Shown piece by piece: positions 40,707 through 50,385 of a stretch of 64,000 nucleotides of DNA. A model generated the notes under the pieces. The model saw only the letters and a list, made by a program, of their open reading frames with translations, was not told the DNA's origin and made no database searches. The DNA comes from Candidatus Poribacteria bacterium (GTDB lineage Bacteria; Poribacteria; WGA-4E; PCPOR2b), in assembly GCA_965218095.1 (NCBI GenBank), contig OZ244587.1, positions 6,286,490 to 6,350,489 of the forward strand. The letters run 5' to 3'. Position 1 is the first letter of the stretch. Each line of letters begins with the position of its first letter. The translations under genes and the position numbers were made by a program.

Positions 40707-42121
40707 AAGTCGTATTCCTTGATCTTTCTGAAAATTGTTCGTTTTGAAATCCCCAAGATCTTCGAGGCTTTGGCTTTATTATTTCCGGCATACTGGAGTG
40801 TCGTCCGAATGGCTTCCTTCTCAATCTCTGCTAATGACATTCCGACTTCAAAATGCAATCGTGATGAAAGCGATGCTGCCATGCTCGTATCTGTAGCCGC
40901 TGGCGCGGAGAAGATAATGGGGGAACTTGCCCCGGTGGATGCCAAGATATGTTCTGGGATATCATTAAGATCGAACTCTGAACGATTCGACATAATGACC
41001 ATGCCCTCAATGCAGTTCTTTAACTCTCGGACATTCCCTGGCCAGTCATACTTCATCAACGTCCGCATGGCGCGAGAGATCATGCTCCTGGTCATTTTCC
41101 GGTTTTCCCGACAAAACTCCTCTGTAAATACTTTGACCAAGAGTGGAATATCCTCCCGACGCTCGCGAAGAGGTGGTAAGGTAATCCGAATGACGTTCAA
41201 CCGATCGTAAAGATCGACCAGAAACCTCCCACTTTCCACCGCCTCCTCGAGATCGTGATTCGTTGCGCAAATCACACGAACATCAACCTCGATTGCTTCA
41301 TTCCCACCGACTCGTTCAAACTCCCTTTCGGCAAGCACACGCAAGAGCCTGGCCTGGTTTGAAAGACTTAACTGGCCCACCTCATCGAGGAACAACGTGC
41401 CCCCGTGAGCCGCTTCAAAGCGCCCTTTTCGCGTATGATAAGCTCCGGTGAATGCCCCTCGCTCATGTCCAAAAAGTTCCGATTCTGCAAGGCTTTCGTT
41501 CAATGTGGCGCCATTAAAAACAACAAGTTGCCCTCGGACCAAACTTCGGAGATGGATAGCACGAGCAACCAATTCTTTCCCGGTACCGCGTTCCCCGCGG
41601 ATCATGACGGTGGCTTTCGTCGGGGCAACTTGCGCGATGAGTTCTCGAATCTCCTGGATTTTCTGCGAGTGCCCTGTCAGTTGGATGAGCCCCACCTTCT
41701 CATCAATCTGGGATTGTAGCTGACGGTTTTCCAGGGTGAGACGCTGTTTTTCGAGTATCCTGCGGAGGACAGCTGTGAGTCGGGTGGGGTGAATCGGTTT
41801 ATGGAGAAAATCACTTGCGCCACTGTGAACCATGGCTTTGATGCCAATATCTGTCTCCAGGACGTTAGGCATCGCGATGAAGATCACGCCGACATCAGGG
41901 CTTCGATCATGAGCCGCTTCAAGGAGCTTCAGTCCATCAATTCGCGCCTCCTTGAGTGGAGCAATCAAAACATCAATATTCAGGCGTTCGATACGATCTA
42001 ACGCCTCGTACATCGTGCGAGTGGCAAGGACGTGTAGCCCTTCGCTCTCAAGTGCAAGGCAAATTGTTTCACGCTGTCGCTGATCGGGCTCAACAACGAG
42101 AATAGTCGTTTGGTTGTTCAT
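40694..42121 (-). CDS. Sigma-54 dependent NtrC-family regulator with atypical receiver domain
   Basis: GERGTGKE, ESELFGHERGAFTGA, LFLDE, WPGNVREL, Fis HTH. Confidence 0.95.
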   Translation of the reverse strand: MNNQTTILVVEPDQRQRETICLALESEGLHVLATRTMYEALDRIERLNIDVLIAPLKEARIDGLKLLEAAHDRSPDVGVIFIAMPNVLETDIGIKAMVHSGASDFLHKPIHPTRLTAVLRRILEKQRLTLENRQLQSQIDEKVGLIQLTGHSQKIQEIRELIAQVAPTKATVMIRGERGTGKELVARAIHLRSLVRGQLVVFNGATLNESLAESELFGHERGAFTGAYHTRKGRFEAAHGGTLFLDEVGQLSLSNQARLLRVLAEREFERVGGNEAIEVDVRVICATNHDLEEAVESGRFLVDLYDRLNVIRITLPPLRERREDIPLLVKVFTEEFCRENRKMTRSMISRAMRTLMKYDWPGNVRELKNCIEGMVIMSNRSEFDLNDIPEHILASTGASSPIIFSAPAATDTSMAASLSSRLHFEVGMSLAEIEKEAIRTTLQYAGNNKAKASKILGISKRTIFRKIKEYDLCDE

Positions 42122-42125
42122 CTTT

Positions 42126-43406
42126 CTAACTCAATTTCTGCCTGACAATTTGACTGACCACCGAATTGTCCGCTTTGCCTCTCCGTTGTGGAACGAGTTT
42201 TCCCATGACTTTGCCCATATCTCGCACCGATGTCGCTCCTAACACCTCGATCGCCTGTACGACAGCGGCTTCGATTTCTGCCTCTGAAAGTTGGGCGGGG
42301 AGAAATTCTTGCAGTATCTTGATCTGTTCCGCTTCAGCTTCAACGAGGTCATCGCGGTTCGATTTGTGCAACTGTTCTAGGTTCTGTTGACATTTGAGTA
42401 TAAGGTTGTGGCATAATAGAAGAATGATGCCAATAACCTTACCCGATGACCAATGGAATAAGATATACTCGTTTCTTCTAACTTGTCCCAACATCTATGT
42501 TGGCAACGAAGCTGCTACACGCCGCTTTATCGAAGCGGTTCTCTAGGCAACCCGTAGCGGTGCTCAATGGAGACTTCTGCCAGACACCTATGGTAAATCG
42601 AACACCCTCTATAAGCGTTTTGCTCGGTGGTGCGACAAAGGGGGCTTCACACAGATACACCACCACTTTGCCGCCGACCCCGATATTGAGTCGCTTATTG
42701 TGGACAGTACAATCATTCGAGCGCACCCGTCTGCGGCGGGCACCTTAAAAAGCTGGCGCCTTAAAAAAAAGGGTGGCACTGAAAACCAAGCGTTAGGTCG
42801 CTCTCGCGGGGGATTCAGTACAAAAATTCACATCACAGTTGACGGCTAGGTAATCCACTAAGAATACATCTGACACCCGGTCAAAGAAACGACATAGCGG
42901 AAGCAGAAGCGTTGATACTTGGATATAAAAGCGAGTATGTGATTGGAGACAAGGGATATGACTCCGACAATTTTATCGCGGTTATTGAGGCGAATGGAGC
43001 GATTGCGGTGATACCGCCAAAAAGTCATCGTGTGGATCAAAGAGATTACGACAAACATCTGTACAAAGAGAGACATCTGGTTGAATGTTTCATTAACAAG
43101 ATAAAATGGTATCGCCGCATCTTCTCTCGGTTCGAGAAGTTAGCTATCCGTTATTTTGGATTTCTCAGCTTTGTCGCCACTCTTATATGGCTCCGTTGAA
43201 ATGTCAACAGAACCTAGTGCATCCTTCCGTTTCTTGATTTGGCTGGCGATCGCCTCTAACACACCATCATCGTCGAACTCAACCCGATCATTAATCTCCT
43301 TATCCCGGATGTCGCCGCGTACCATGCGAATCACAGACAGGCGATTTTTGTCCTTCGCCTTCATCGCCCGCTTCATCTCGTCATTCAATCGTTCTTTGAG
43401 CCCCAC
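42126..43406 (-). pseudogene. yqeY: GatB/YqeY protein interrupted by IS5 copy 2
   Basis: Removing the IS at CTAG rejoins IKKRKDAL|EQLHKSNRDDL..FLPAQLSEAE..DMGKVMG. Confidence 0.9.
42377..43217 (+). mobile_element. IS5-family element copy 2, inactive transposase
   Basis: Same ends as copy 1; TGG to TAG near 42544 and further lesions. Confidence 0.93.
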
Positions 43407-43542
43407 AGAAATCCCTCATTTCTCTATGTGATTGCCAAAATTTGATAAAATAATACCCCATCTCTCTAGCATCGTCAAGCGGAAAAATGGGGCAATAAAC
43501 CTTGCAATAACGGGATTTGTTTGGCGTAGTGGGCAGAGAGAC

Positions 43543-43571
43543 CCTTGAAAAGGTTTGGAACCTTTTCAAGG
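43543..43571. repeat. REP-like palindrome (family also at 56222..56254 and 63277..63311)
   Basis: ccttgaaaaggtt-tgg-aaccttttcaagg; related hairpins agacttgacaggttt..aaacctatcaggtct and aaaccttgcgaaagtt..aaccttcgcaaggttt. Confidence 0.55.
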
Positions 43572-43574
43572 ATA

Positions 43575-44400
43575 CTAGGTTCTGTTGACATTTGAGTATA
43601 AGGTTGTGGCATAATAGAAGAATGACGCCAATAACCTTACCTGATGAACAATGGAATAAGATATACCGGTTTCTTCTTAGCTGTCTCACCATCTATGTTG
43701 GCAACGAAGCTGCTACACGCTGCTTCGTCGAAGCCGTCCTGTGGGTGACTCGTAGCGGCGCTCAATGGAGACTTCTACCAGACACCTATGGCAAATGGAA
43801 CACCCGCTACAAGCGGTTTGCTCGATGGTGCGACAAAGGTATCTTCACACAGATGCACCACCACTTCGCCTCTGACCCCGATATCGAGTCGCTTATTGTG
43901 GACAGTACCATCTGCCGCGCTCACCCGTCTGCGGCGGGCGCCTTAAAAAAAACGGTGGCACTGAAAACCAAGCATTAGGTCGCTCTCGGGGCGGTTTCAG
44001 CACAAAAATTCACATCACAGTTGACGGACTAGGCAATCCCCTAAGAATTCATCTGACACCCGGTCAGAGACATGACATAACTGAGGCGGAAGGGTTGATA
44101 ATCGGATATAACAGTGAATATGTGATTGGAGACAAGGGGTACGATTCGGACGCTTTTATCGCGGTTATTGAGGCGAATGGAGCGATTGCAGTGATACCGC
44201 CAAAAAGTCATCGTGTTGACCAAAGAACGTATGACAAACACTTATACAAAGAGAGACATCGGGTTGAATGTTTCATCAACAAGATAAAATGGTATCGTCG
44301 TATCTTCTCTCGGTTTGAGAAGCTAGCTGTCCGTTATTTTGGATTTCTCAGCTTTGTCTCCACTCTTATATGGCTCCCTTGAAATGTCAACAGAACCTAG
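43575..44400 (+). mobile_element. IS5-family element copy 3, orfA/orfB with probable -1 frameshift
   Basis: Same ends, 826 bp; A8 run at about 43945 between ORFs 43622..43978 and ..44382. Confidence 0.93.
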
Positions 44401-44807
44401 CACAAGTCGTTAATTATTAAAAAGTAATGACTGTAGAGATTAGGTTCTGTTGACATTTCATCGTAACCAGATAATCACAGCAACGAAACTCAGAAACCCC
44501 AAATAGCGACCCGCCAACTTATCAAAACAACTGAAGATACGCCTATAGTGCTTGATTTTGTTGATGAAGCATTCCACCCGATGTCTCTCTCGGTACAGAT
44601 GCGTATCATAGTCTCGTGACTCACGGCGGTTGATACGGGGACGAATCACTGGCTCTGCACCCATACGGGTTATCAACTGCACCAATGAATCCGCGTCATA
44701 CGCTGAGTCGGCTATCACATACTCACTGCTATACCCTTCTGCACAAGTCATGGCGTGGCGTTGTCTAGCCGTCAGCGCAAAACGTAACGCATTTATAAAT
44801 AATTGGC

Positions 44808-44836
44808 TTGCAGATTCTTTGAATATGTGATATTAT
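44808..44836 (+). promoter_or_regulatory. Sigma70-like promoter in the left IR, facing the cargo
   Basis: TTGCAG-17 nt-TATTAT with extended -10 TG. Confidence 0.6.
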
Positions 44837-44920
44837 TGGGGTGTTACAAGCCTGTGATTCTGAAGTTTATTAAATCGTTGGCTTGTTTTACCTTTCCTCG
44901 CCAAAGTAAAGGACACCCCA

Positions 44921-45361
44921 ATGAGTGATTTTCTTAGTGTAGTAGCGGATATACTCATTATCATTGCTGCTGGAAAGTTCATTTGGAAACACATTCCCAG
45001 TAGTGACGATTTGTATAGTATCAGAAAGTCCTTCATAGACTTCAGAGATGAAGCAAAACAACTGAAAGAAGAAGTCGTCAATTTAAGAAGGGTAGAGCTT
45101 ACCAACATCGCAGAGAATCTGAAAACTAGAGATGCAACTGCGAAGAAAACCGTACCTGTTGAAGATATTGACAAGAAACTTGATTCTTTTCAACAGTCAG
45201 TAACGAGAATGGACAGGTACATGACAACTACCCTTGCAACTCATGTAGCAGTCATCAAGTCAATAGATAGTATAGAGGGGCGTTATGCCCAAATGGAGGA
45301 ACGATTTGGGCAAACCGAAACAACCCTCCGAAATGTTGCTAGAAGATTGCACATGAGATAG
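44921..45361 (+). CDS. IS1595 passenger: N-terminal TM plus coiled-coil protein (146 aa)
   Basis: AAGGA SD; hydrophobic residues about 4-22; heptad-rich remainder. Confidence 0.7.
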   Translation: MSDFLSVVADILIIIAAGKFIWKHIPSSDDLYSIRKSFIDFRDEAKQLKEEVVNLRRVELTNIAENLKTRDATAKKTVPVEDIDKKLDSFQQSVTRMDRYMTTTLATHVAVIKSIDSIEGRYAQMEERFGQTETTLRNVARRLHMR

Positions 45362-45426
45362 ACATAAAACAGGCGAGGGGGTGTTATAGCACCCCCACCG
45401 CCACAACATGGCAAAGGAGACCCCCC

Positions 45427-45606
45427 ATGCCACGCATCAAATACATCAAGTCTTACAGGCGTAAAGACGGCACGCTTGTAAGTCCACATATACGGACAAC
45501 TGCTGATAACACCCTCTGCATCACGACTTATTCCAATGAAAGGAGGGATTATCGTGTTTATAAAAATACGCAAAACCTTTACGTTTATCGTACTCAAAAT
45601 CGCTAA
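45427..45606 (+). CDS. IS1595 passenger: 59-aa basic protein with YxRKDGTxVxxHxR motif
   Basis: AAGGAGA SD; MPRIKYIKSYRRKDGTLVSPHIRTTADN..; below the ORF-track length cutoff. Confidence 0.6.
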   Translation: MPRIKYIKSYRRKDGTLVSPHIRTTADNTLCITTYSNERRDYRVYKNTQNLYVYRTQNR

Positions 45607-45664
45607 ACGTAAGGGTAATCAAACGCCGTATAGCAGTCCTTATACGGCTACGCCTAAGCAATAA
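45554..45664 (+). CDS. Possible 36-aa cationic peptide overlapping the 59-aa ORF
   Basis: Perfect AAGGAGG at 45540-46, GTG 7 nt later: MFIKIRKTFTFIVLKIAKRKGNQTPYSSPYTATPKQ. Confidence 0.35.
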   Translation: MFIKIRKTFTFIVLKIAKRKGNQTPYSSPYTATPKQ

Positions 45665-45780
45665 CTCTTAGGCAATATCAGGGGGTGCTACACAAAGCAC
45701 TCCCTGATATTTTGTTGCTAGAGTGTCCGGCTCCCACCGGACACTCCCTTATGGGAAAACCTCTGAAAATATGACTCAGA
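45625..45780. ncRNA. Candidate structured RNA: consecutive hairpins in the IS1595 cargo
   Basis: Stems at 45625-48 (8 bp), 45652-73 (7 bp), 45674-711 (16 bp), 45721-46 (10 bp), 45762-80 (5 bp). Confidence 0.5.
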
Positions 45781-45795
45781 AAGGAGGCAGATGTT

Positions 45796-45990
45796 ATGTC
45801 ATCACAAAGGAAGGTGGATATTCAACGTGTTAAAGAACATCTACAAAAACATGCTGATAAAACCCACCGAATTGAAGAGAGGTTATTTACCTCTACTGCA
45901 ACCGTAGAAGATTTAAGAGTTGCAATTCAGTTACTTAAAAATGACTACACACTAATTACAACCATTTTCAAAAGGTTGGAAATAGTGTAA
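45796..45990 (+). CDS. IS1595 passenger: 64-aa helical protein
   Basis: AAGGAGG SD; bracketed by a 14-bp inverted repeat (45752-65 / 46013-26). Confidence 0.6.
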   Translation: MSSQRKVDIQRVKEHLQKHADKTHRIEERLFTSTATVEDLRVAIQLLKNDYTLITTIFKRLEIV

Positions 45991-46028
45991 TCTAATCCTT
46001 CTATGGAGTCTCCAGAGGTTTTCCCACC

Positions 46029-46910
46029 CTACACAAAGCATTCCCTGATAAACTTCTTGAAGATGTTCCGGTTCTTCCGGTTGTTGTACTTGTAACACGC
46101 CTCAGCGATGTAGAGCGAAACATGCTTGTAGTGGTGATGTGTACCATGAAACGCACGTTTCACCAGCGACCAGAACCCTTCAATCGTGTTTGTGTGGGTA
46201 TTACCGTCCACGTACTGCCAGTTCTTGTGTCTGATGACATGGTGAGGCATGAGCCCATCAACCGCCTCATACGATGAGAACTCATCTGTCATTAGAACTG
46301 AATCCTTCGGCTTCTCAATAACGCCTTTGATGAACCCCAAAACGCCCTTACGACTCAAACTCGTAGCCACACGCGCCACAACATTCCCAGCCCGTTCAAC
46401 AGCACCGATAACGGGCGTTTTCTTCGTGCCTCTACCTCGCTTGCTCGGTGGAGGCAAGTTCCCGTCCTTGTCTTTTCGTCGTCGGGGCTTACCGCCCACG
46501 TAGGTTTCATCGCATTCAATAATTCCTCTCAGTAAAACCTTGCCCTTTCTACCCATCTCAGACCTGATTCGTTTCATCATGAACCAAGCTGAGGGTTGCG
46601 TTAAGTCCAAATGACGAGCCATTTGACAACTTGATAGGCTTTTCTTCGCATCGTTCATTAACAGGATAGCCATAAACCACTTCTGAAGTGGAATCTGTGT
46701 TCCTTGAAATATCGTTCCCTGTAACACATTGAAACTTGACTTACAAGTATGGCAATTCCAACGACCAATTATGCTAGCTTCATTCTTCGGTGCAACCTTT
46801 TTACTTTCGCAATATGGACACTCAGGTTTGCCACCCCAGCGGATAGTTTCTAAGTGTTTAATACAACTCTCTTGGTCAGAAAATCGTTCTACAGCATCAA
46901 ACAAGTTCAT
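46029..46910 (-). CDS. IS1595-family transposase
   Basis: RWG..CPYC..C..C zinc ribbon, IECDETYVGG, MTDE, HTNTIEGFWS, YIAE..YKYN. Confidence 0.95.
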   Translation of the reverse strand: MNLFDAVERFSDQESCIKHLETIRWGGKPECPYCESKKVAPKNEASIIGRWNCHTCKSSFNVLQGTIFQGTQIPLQKWFMAILLMNDAKKSLSSCQMARHLDLTQPSAWFMMKRIRSEMGRKGKVLLRGIIECDETYVGGKPRRRKDKDGNLPPPSKRGRGTKKTPVIGAVERAGNVVARVATSLSRKGVLGFIKGVIEKPKDSVLMTDEFSSYEAVDGLMPHHVIRHKNWQYVDGNTHTNTIEGFWSLVKRAFHGTHHHYKHVSLYIAEACYKYNNRKNRNIFKKFIRECFV

Positions 46911-46949
46911 TCATCTCAACTCCTTTATTCATAAGGGTTTGATGCCTAT

Positions 46950-46978
46950 ATTGTATCAAATTTACACAAAACTTGCAA
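46950..46978 (-). promoter_or_regulatory. Sigma70-like promoter in the right IR, facing the transposase
   Basis: TTGCAA-17 nt-TACAAT with extended -10 TG. Confidence 0.6.
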
Positions 46979-47470
46979 GCCTAAACCTTATAAGCGCGAA
47001 ACGTAATGGATTGCCTAAGCCATCAACCGTGATGTGAATTTTGGTTGAAAATCCACCCACACTACGTCCGAGTGCCTGTGAGGCTTGACCGCCACTTGTT
47101 TTCAAACCCCCTGCAGCACAGGGGTGAGCGCGGCAGATGGTACTGTCACCATATCTAGGTCGTTGACAAAGTGTTGATGCAGCCGTTGGAAGATGCCTTT
47201 ATCGCACCAGCAAGCGAATTGTTTATAGACGCTGTTCCAACTGCCGTACTCTTTTGGTAGGAGTCGCCATTGACTACCACTACGAGTTATCCAAAGCACT
47301 GCTTGGACAAAACGTTTTAAGTTCGCTTGCTGTCCGGTGTAGACATCGGAACAGGTTTGCAGGAATGCTGCTATTTTTGACCATTGATTATCGGATAAGG
47401 TAAGTGTTGACATATCGTTATTATGCCATGAATGTCAACACGTCCTAGCTAAATATTTTTCCGCGATGTA

Positions 47471-48216
47471 CTATCCACGACCAATGTAAAGCTGATTGAC
47501 AGGCATCACAATCGCTTCAAGCATGTTGACGTGCGGTGCATGTTGACGTGCGGTGGTAGAGTCGCTATGAGAACCACGGCTTGTGCGAGTTCATCCACCT
47601 GCATCATCGGCTCAGACGGGGACTCTTGACGATCGCTGACGCGCTCGACAAGCGTATTGCCCGGATGCAAACAACTGGCGACAATTCCGTGTCGGCGTCC
47701 CTCCAAAGCGGTCACCTGGGTCAACCCCCAGATGCCAAATTTGCTCGCGCTATAAAGCGCAGAGTTCAGTCGGACCCGCTGTGCCGAGATACTGCCGATG
47801 TTGATGATGCGTCCCCCACCTTGCTTCTTCATAATGCGCATCGCGGCACGGGTACAGAGGAAAGGCCCTCGAAGATTGACGGCAATCACGTTGTCCCACG
47901 CCTCCGTCGAGAGCTCATCCAGCGGTCCCCCATCGAAGGCGCCAGAGTTGTTGACCAGAATATCCACCCGGTTGAAGCGTTCCATCGTGCGTTCAAACAG
48001 CGCTTCAATCTGTGCTTCATCGGTGACATCGGTCGGTATAGTGAGTACCGTTGCGCCGTTTGCCCTTAATTCTTCAGCCGTTTGATTCAATTCTTCGACC
48101 CCGCGTGCCGCTAATACGACGCTCGCGCCTTCAGCGGCGAGCCCCCGTGCGATCCCTTTGCCAATTCCCCTGTTACCTCCTGTGATGATAGCAACTTTAC
48201 CATCTAACTTGCCCAT
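47471..48216 (-). pseudogene. SDR oxidoreductase, C-terminus frameshifted by a 17-bp tandem duplication
   Basis: TGGNRGIG, YSASK; gcatgttgacgtgcggt twice (47521-47554); removing one copy gives ..PPHVNMLEAIVMPVNQLYIGRG*. Confidence 0.85.
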
Positions 48217-48273
48217 CGGATTCTCCTTTCATTTTACGCAGGCGTTTCGTTGATGATTGACGATGATTGGTTG

Positions 48274-48981
48274 TCAATTCGTTGATTCGTTGACTTGCAG
48301 CCACTCTGTCAGCTTGCTATATGTTTGAGGCGCGAGGATTCTTTCCCCCGCGAGGTCCATCCCAAACAGGTGATCACGCAGCAGTTGCAATTCCGCGAGC
48401 GTATCCACATCATACCACGGCGGTAGCAGCCCCAATTGTGCCTTGACAGATTCGATTTTCCCAAGCGTCTGTCGGAAGACGACATCGGTGCTCCATGTGA
48501 TTTCTTCAAAGATGGTAGGAATCAACAACGACGCCCTGTGCTTTGAAAAGCCAATCAGGTAGTAGCCACCGTCCACACTGGGACCGATGACGACATCGCG
48601 CGATTCTAGCAGATTGAGCGCAAGTTTGACATACTGAATCGGCAGCGTCGGGCTATCTGACCCCACGAATAGGAATTTCGTATAGTTCTGATCGCATGCC
48701 CAACGCGCAGCAGTGATCAGGCGTTCCCCGAGATCTATGCCTTTTTGGGGAATATAAATCAGATCTTTGCCAATCAAGATTTTCAAAGCACTCAGGCTTT
48801 CGGGCGGCGTATAGGCGATTACGCGGCGAGCCGTGGGGATGCCAGAGAGGGCATTGCACCAATCGATGAGAAAGGCTTGATACAGTGACGCTGCCTGCTC
48901 TGGCGAGAGATGAGGAATCAGGCGGGTTTTAACTTGACCGGGAACAGGGTTTTTGACAAAGACAATGATGCAAGCTGCCAC
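48274..48981 (-). CDS. DUF2064 / TIGR04282-like glycosyltransferase-fold protein
   Basis: FVKNPVPGQVKTRL, Q.G.DLGER, GSDSP, GPSVDGGYYLIG, WST, YDVD. Confidence 0.88.
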   Translation of the reverse strand: MAACIIVFVKNPVPGQVKTRLIPHLSPEQAASLYQAFLIDWCNALSGIPTARRVIAYTPPESLSALKILIGKDLIYIPQKGIDLGERLITAARWACDQNYTKFLFVGSDSPTLPIQYVKLALNLLESRDVVIGPSVDGGYYLIGFSKHRASLLIPTIFEEITWSTDVVFRQTLGKIESVKAQLGLLPPWYDVDTLAELQLLRDHLFGMDLAGERILAPQTYSKLTEWLQVNESTN

Positions 48982-49003
48982 ATTTCACCCCTTGGTTGTG
49001 TAT

Positions 49004-50029
49004 CTATAGAAAAGTCGGGTCTAATTCCGGATCAGCGTCCACCCCGCTCGACGTGGGAGGGGAAAGGTGTGCAGATCGCAAATTCAGCAATTCCCGTTGG
49101 CTCGACTGGTGTTGTGTCCAAGTGATCGCAATCACAATACAGGCAATAATGATAGCCAGAAGGGCTATCAGACTGCCGTTGAGCGTTCCATTACTGATGT
49201 CGATTCGGTATTTTGCAACAAATCCAGTGGCGGCGGCAAGTAATGCCAGTGTCAGACTTGCGTACCACGGTAAATGGAGGATTACCCCTACCAGTGAAAC
49301 CAACGACACCCATAGACTGAACTTGGCGAGGTTGCTGATAAGGGCATCGGTGGCGCCGGTTGAATCCGGATCATTTGCGGAAGCAGACGTGCTTTGTTTT
49401 CGGTTACGACGACGAGGCGGACGCACTTCACGATAGGTGGATTCGACCAAACGAATAAATTCCGCCATCAATTTTCCTTGTTTGAGCCACCGAAAAAGGG
49501 TAGGATATTCATGCCTGATGAGGATGGAGAATTCTTGACGTTGAGCGCTAAAATCGGTAAACTCTTCCCAGCACCCTTCTTCGACCATATAATACGGTTC
49601 TGCCCCGACTTGCAGTTCGTAACCCTGTTCGACATGATGAACGATTTTGCCAATACCTTCGCGTTCGGCAATCGTGATTTCCTTTACTGCTGTCGGTGTC
49701 GCTTTGGGGAGTTTATCTTCCAACTCAAAATCCTGATTTCGTTCTGCGTGGCTATTGCTCGCCTCATGTCCACGCTGATTTTCATATTCGTTATTCGTTA
49801 CAGCCAGACCGGTTCGACTCACGATTTCTAAGGCTTCAATTTGGTCCTCAGGGGCAACGAAGAGGATAATTTGACGTTGTCTCTCAGAATCACGTTTGTA
49901 GTCGGGACGACAACGCATCTGCTGACTGTCAAGTGCTGCCTGAATCAACTTCGCTTCCCACTCATCTGTTGTACGACAGATTTCGACCCAATCACTGGTG
50001 CTGAAAAGTAAATCTGTATTTTGAGCCAC
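49004..50029 (-). CDS. Membrane protein, DUF2007-like N-terminus and DUF4190-like C-terminus
   Basis: EWEAKLIQAALDS N-terminus; three C-terminal hydrophobic segments with I..S.G.L.G..IA. Confidence 0.6.
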   Translation of the reverse strand: MAQNTDLLFSTSDWVEICRTTDEWEAKLIQAALDSQQMRCRPDYKRDSERQRQIILFVAPEDQIEALEIVSRTGLAVTNNEYENQRGHEASNSHAERNQDFELEDKLPKATPTAVKEITIAEREGIGKIVHHVEQGYELQVGAEPYYMVEEGCWEEFTDFSAQRQEFSILIRHEYPTLFRWLKQGKLMAEFIRLVESTYREVRPPRRRNRKQSTSASANDPDSTGATDALISNLAKFSLWVSLVSLVGVILHLPWYASLTLALLAAATGFVAKYRIDISNGTLNGSLIALLAIIIACIVIAITWTQHQSSQRELLNLRSAHLSPPTSSGVDADPELDPTFL

Positions 50030-50385
50030 GATTCCCCCTTAAATATCTGTCGCTATGCCCATCCGATTGTGGGTTGAAATTTTACCATGAGCAGATAGCC
50101 TTTGTCAACGAGTCCATTGAGTTCTCCGGCGGTCTGCCTCTCAATTGGGGTGTTTTCATGAAGAAAAGTTCTGTCCGAAGCTATCACCGATTCTGCGTTT
50201 TACGCGCCCTGGCATACGGTAAATCTTAAAGCCTGTTTGAAAAGTCCAGCGAAACCCTTCGGAAGGTTCATTTTGGGATGGGTTCGTCGAAAAATTTGAC
50301 CATTTCATGCCCAAAACCGTAGCAGATCAGGTTTGCAACCCCAATCAGAGATCAGGGTTGGCGAAGCAATGACGACGCAGGGGGC

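Larger units (their letters stand above)
44788..46998 (-). mobile_element. IS1595-family transporter IS (2211 bp) with passenger region
   Basis: 8-bp TSD aaacgtaa (44780-87, 46999-47006); 25-bp imperfect IRs CGCATTTATAAATAATTGGCTTGCA / CGCGCTTATAAGGTTTAGGCTTGCA. Confidence 0.92.
44441..47448 (-). mobile_element. Divergent IS5-family element, degraded and split by IS1595
   Basis: Ends taggttctgttgacatt / aatgtcaacacgtcctag; 5' half 47102..47413, 3' half 44458..44787; GLGNPLRF rejoins after removing the insert. Confidence 0.88.

Noticed and set aside
45372-46050. IS1595 cargo RNA as a retron msr-msd, group I/II intron or TnpB omegaRNA
   Set aside because: No reverse transcriptase, TnpB or IscB in the element, and no intron core motifs recognised
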